64,000 nt of DNA, from NCBI GenBank assembly GCA_963703065.1, contig OY969785.1, positions 2,014,116 through 2,078,115 on the forward strand, in the 5' to 3' direction. Shown here piece after piece: positions 58,616 to 64,000 of the stretch. Position 1 is the first letter of the stretch, and every line of letters begins with the position of its first letter. A program made the translations under genes and the position numbers. The notes under the pieces were generated by a model, which made no database searches, had not been told where the DNA came from, and saw nothing but the letters and a program-made list of their open reading frames with translations. This stretch comes from an uncultured Solirubrobacterales bacterium (lineage in GTDB: Bacteria > Actinomycetota > Thermoleophilia > Solirubrobacterales > Solirubrobacteraceae).

Positions 58616-59572
58616 TCAATCGTACTCCGCCGGCTCGACCCGCCGGGCGAGCACCGCGATCGTGCCCCCCCGTCCGCCGAGCCCGGCGAGGAGCTCCAGC
58701 GCCGCCGCGGCCGGAGCCAGCGGGAGGGCCGCGAGCGTGAGCCCCAGATCGCCGGCGTCCAGCGGGGCGCTGCGCTTCAGCAGGTGGTACAGGTAGGACG
58801 GCCGGCGGGTGAGCCGGCTGGCCAGCGACTGCCACATCCCGAACGGGTTGTGCTCGGCCAGCGCCTGCACGGTTCGCTCCACGACGAAGCCGTGGGCGGC
58901 GAGCAGCGCGGCCAGCCCGTCCGGCGTGAAGTGCGTCCGGTGGCGCGGGACGTCGAGATGAAACCACCGCTCGCCGCCGAGCCGCGCCTGGAGGCTCGCC
59001 AGGTTCGGCACCCCGACGAGCAGCGCCCCCCGCGGCCGCAGCCAGCCCGCGATCGGCGCGGAGCGCCGATCCCGGGTCCTCGACGTGCTCGAGGACGTGC
59101 CACAGCGTCACCGCGTCGAGTGAGCCCGGCGCCACGGCCGCCGCCTCGATGCTCGTCGGCTCGACGGCGATTCCCATGGCCTCCGCGGCCGCGGCGCCCC
59201 GGATCGACGGCTCGATGCCGCGGGCCAGGTAGCCGGCCGTCCGGGCGACGGTCACGAACCGGCCCCGGCCGGCGCCGGCGTCGAGCAGCCGAGCCGGTGG
59301 GGGCACCGCGCGGCGGACGAGTGCCAGCCGGCGGCGGTCGAAGCGCGCGCAGCACCGGCGCCAGGACGCCGGACAGGCGCGGGCGGACCGCCGCCGTAGG
59401 CGCCCGTCTCGTGGACGTCGGCTGGGGCGGCGCCGACCGTCACCGCCGAACCGCAGCGGGCACAGCGCGCGAGGCCGAACCGCCCGGGCGCGGCCACCGG
59501 ATCCGAGCTTCCCACCTCCCGCCACGGCGCCAGCGGACCCCCGCAGGCGGGGCAGGATCGAGGCTCGGCCAT
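58616..59572 (-). pseudogene. Class I SAM-dependent methyltransferase with N-terminal Zn knuckle; three +1 frameshifts (possibly assembly errors)
   Basis: CPACG/CARCG, LLDAGAGRG, WHVLEHVEDP, VPN and PRHRTHF are distributed over different frames. Confidence 0.75.
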
Positions 59573-59603
59573 CGGGGCCGCGAGCCTACACTCAGGCCTC
59601 GAG

Positions 59604-59849
59604 ATGCCCGCCCCCGCCGCCGATCCGGTCCTCCGCCGACGGGTCGAGCTCGCCATCCGGCTCCTGGCGCCGGCGCTCGACCTCACGCTGGCCGTCGGCG
59701 AGCGGCTGTCCCGGGTGCTCGAGCGGGAGGATCCGGAGTACTTCCCGGCGCGCATGGCGAGCGGCGGGGAGTCCGCCCCGCGGGGCCTGCACCGGCGGCC
59801 CGGTGGCGGGAGCACCCCGAGCGACCATCTAGCATGTCGCCCGCCATGA
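59604..59849 (+). CDS. Hypothetical protein (81 aa)
   Basis: RRVELAIRLLAPALDLTLAVGERLSRVL amphipathic segment; ATGA overlap with the next gene. Confidence 0.6.
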   Translation: MPAPAADPVLRRRVELAIRLLAPALDLTLAVGERLSRVLEREDPEYFPARMASGGESAPRGLHRRPGGGSTPSDHLACRPP

Positions 59850-60757
59850 GTGCCGTCGACCAGCAGCTCGCCTACGAGGCGCGGGCCAAGCCGCGCCAGG
59901 CGGTGATCGCCGCCGGCGCGGCGGTGCTACTCGTCGCAGCGGCCGCCATCCAGCTCGCCGGGCCGCACACGAAGGTCAACGAGCTGACGCTCGACCTGAT
60001 CACCGCCCACCGGCGGTTCCCGCTCGACCTGATCGGTGCGATCGTCAACGGCTTCGGCCTCACCGCCCTCGCCGTCACCCTGGTGTTCCTGTTCCGGATG
60101 TCTCGCGCGCGCAAGCCGAGGACCTGCGCGACTTCGTCCAGTGGCTGGCGCTCGGCGGGGCCATCGTCGCCGGCGCTGACCGGAATCGTCTACGCGGTCC
60201 TGATCGCCAGCAAGGCCTCGACGTTCGTCAGCCACGGCGCTCAGACCTACCAGCAGGCCAACCAGCTGACCACCGGCGGGGGTCTGCTGGCGCTGCCGCT
60301 GTTCGGCCAGGCGTCGGCGCTGGTGCTGGCGGTCGGCTTCGTGCTCATCTCGCTGAACGCCATGCGGGTCGGCCTGCTCACCCGCTTCATGGGTTACCTC
60401 GGCATCTTCACCGGGGTCCTCGTCCTGTTCCCGATCGGCTCGCCGGTCCCGGTCGTCCAGGCGTTCTGGCTGCTCGCGCTCGCCTACCTGTTGACGAACC
60501 GCTGGCCCTCCGGCGTGCCCTCGAGCTGGAGGAGCGGCCAAGCCGAGCCGTGGCCGTCCTCGGCGGAGCTGCGCGAGCAGCGTTCGCGCACCGCCGGCCG
60601 GCACGGCGCCGACAAGCCGCCGAAGTCCACCAAGCCGGCTCAGCCGGCCGGCGCGGTGAAGGTCACCCGCCAGGACGTGGAGGAGACCGTCGCCGGCGGC
60701 CAGGCCGCCCGCACCCGCTCCGGCACGCCCAAGCGCAAGCGCAAGCGCCGGCACTAG
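59846..60757 (+). CDS. Hypothetical multi-TM membrane protein with basic C-terminal tail
   Basis: About 6 TM segments, KRKRKRRH tail; locally frameshifted at 60118-60176. Confidence 0.75.
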   Translation: MSAVDQQLAYEARAKPRQAVIAAGAAVLLVAAAAIQLAGPHTKVNELTLDLITAHRRFPLDLIGAIVNGFGLTALAVTLVFLFRMSRARKPRTCATSSSGWRSAGPSSPALTGIVYAVLIASKASTFVSHGAQTYQQANQLTTGGGLLALPLFGQASALVLAVGFVLISLNAMRVGLLTRFMGYLGIFTGVLVLFPIGSPVPVVQAFWLLALAYLLTNRWPSGVPSSWRSGQAEPWPSSAELREQRSRTAGRHGADKPPKSTKPAQPAGAVKVTRQDVEETVAGGQAARTRSGTPKRKRKRRH

Positions 60758-60767
60758 CGGCTTCCTG

Positions 60768-60797
60768 GGCGCCGTCCACCGTATGCACGGCGCCGTC
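60768..60797 (+). promoter_or_regulatory. Candidate LytTR binding site upstream of satP-acs
   Basis: GGCGCCGTC-N12-GGCGCCGTC perfect direct repeat. Confidence 0.55.
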
Positions 60798-60895
60798 TGG
60801 CGCCCCTGGTCTGCCGCCCGTCGATTGCCGTTGCCGTGGGCGGCGGGTGTCGGAAAGGCTACGCGGGACATCTCAACCTATTGAGGAGGAGACAG

Positions 60896-61567
60896 ATGGA
60901 AGCTGCACGACCAGGCCCCGGCGCGGCACGGCGGGAAGCCGACGTGGCTCCGGCTCCCGCCGACCCCACCGGCGGCCGCCTCGCCGGCTGGACGCCGGCC
61001 GATCCGGGACCGCTCGGGCTGGCTGCCTTCGCCAGCACGACCTTCATCCTCAGCATGATCAACGCCAACCTCATCTCGGGGCCGGTGACCGACGTGCCGG
61101 TGGTGCTGGGCATGGCCCTCGCCTATGGCGGCATCGCCCAGGTGCTGGCCGGGATGTGGGAGTTCAGAACGGGCAACACCTTCGGCGCGGTGGCGTTCAC
61201 CTCGTTCGGTGCGTTCTGGATCTCGTTCTACGTCCTGGTCAACAGCGGCGTGCCGGTGCTGGCGAAGAACCCGTCCCATCTGAACGCCGCGCTCGGCCTC
61301 TATCTGTGGACGTGGGGAATCTTCACCACCTACATGTTCGTCGCGTCGCTGCGCACCACGGCGGCGGTCGCGCTCGTGTTCCTGCTGCTGGCGATCACCT
61401 TCATCCTGCTCGGCATCGGCAACGCCGGCGGGAGCGCCAACACGATCAAGATCGGCGGGTACGTCGGCATCGCAACGGCGATCGCCGCCTGGTACGCGTC
61501 GTTCGCCGCGGTCGTCAACTCGACGTTCGGCCGCGTGGTGGCGCCCGTGATCCCGCTACGGCGCTGA
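60896..61567 (+). CDS. satP: Acetate uptake transporter (SatP / GPR1-FUN34-YaaH)
   Basis: ADPGPLGLAAF, YGGIAQ, GNTFGA...FGAFW; GAGGAG RBS. Confidence 0.93.
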   Translation: MEAARPGPGAARREADVAPAPADPTGGRLAGWTPADPGPLGLAAFASTTFILSMINANLISGPVTDVPVVLGMALAYGGIAQVLAGMWEFRTGNTFGAVAFTSFGAFWISFYVLVNSGVPVLAKNPSHLNAALGLYLWTWGIFTTYMFVASLRTTAAVALVFLLLAITFILLGIGNAGGSANTIKIGGYVGIATAIAAWYASFAAVVNSTFGRVVAPVIPLRR

Positions 61568-61686
61568 CCTGGCGTTCAGAGGAGTAGCGTCGCGGAGGAG
61601 CAAGACACCAACGCAATTCGGTCCGGGCGCCGCGGTGGCGGTGTCCGGACCGGTCGCCAGGGGCGACGAGAGAGAAGGAGAGGACG

Positions 61687-63678
<1,992 letters not shown>

Positions 63679-63705
63679 GCCGGGATCCAGCCGGCCCGCC
63701 GGCGG

Positions 63706-64000
63706 CTAGAAGTGCAGGCGCCCGGCCAGCTCGCTCGCATGGCGGCGAGCGACCGGGATCCTCTGCCCGTCTCCGAAGACGAGCTCGGCGGTGCCGCCCA
63801 GCTGCGGGCGGAGCTCGACGGCGCGGCGCAGATTGGCGACGTACTGGCGGTGCACCCGGACGAAGCCGAACGGCTGCCAGCGCTGCTCGATGGCCGCGAG
63901 CGTCTCGCGGAGCAGGAACCGCCCCTCGGGACTGACGATTCGCACGAAGTCGCCGTGGGACTGGACGTAGAGGATCTCGCCGCGCGCGAGCAGCCGGATC
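63706..64000 (-). CDS. LytTR DNA-binding domain protein, C-terminal part; 5' end outside window
   Basis: ILYVQSHGDF...FVRVHRQYVANL...IPVARR. Confidence 0.88.
   Translation of the reverse strand, partial: IRLLARGEILYVQSHGDFVRIVSPEGRFLLRETLAAIEQRWQPFGFVRVHRQYVANLRRAVELRPQLGGTAELVFGDGQRIPVARRHASELAGRLHF

Noticed and set aside
58277-60757. 826-aa ORF as one large membrane protein
   Set aside because: Only the part from 59846 is protein-like; the rest is antisense to the methyltransferase and the 91-aa gene.

Overview
High-GC (roughly 70%+ by eye) actinobacterial DNA. Gene content and style suggest Thermoleophilia/Solirubrobacterales (Conexibacter-like); this is an inference. The window is gene-dense with about 65 CDS, and I saw no rRNA, tRNA, CRISPR array or intact mobile element. 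Housekeeping and metabolic genes include ilvD, recQ, lipA/lipB, a fadA2-fabG4-htdX-type trio, csp-deaD-ppi, bcp, Fpg/Nei, and satP-acs next to a LytTR regulator. These are interleaved with seven MFS transporters, several with TetR/HxlR/MarR regulators whose candidate operators are readable in the sequence. Top observations: (1) a CPYC glutaredoxin-like gene whose TGA is followed directly by a SECIS-like hairpin with a GGUC loop, i.e. a probable missed selenoprotein ending G-U-R-V-H; (2) a three-gene operon of secreted proteins, two with SipW/TasA-type signal peptides and shared mature N-termini, a candidate uncharacterised surface-fibre system; (3) pervasive leaderless promoters (TAnnnT-7 nt-start), one of which points to an ATC start for a CMD-esterase fusion; (4) a three-site HxlR-type regulon motif and an AgrA-geometry LytTR box; (5) an NlpC/P60 domain inserted inside an OB-like repeat; (6) a cluster of single-base indels at 53.6-60.2 kb that is probably assembly error.
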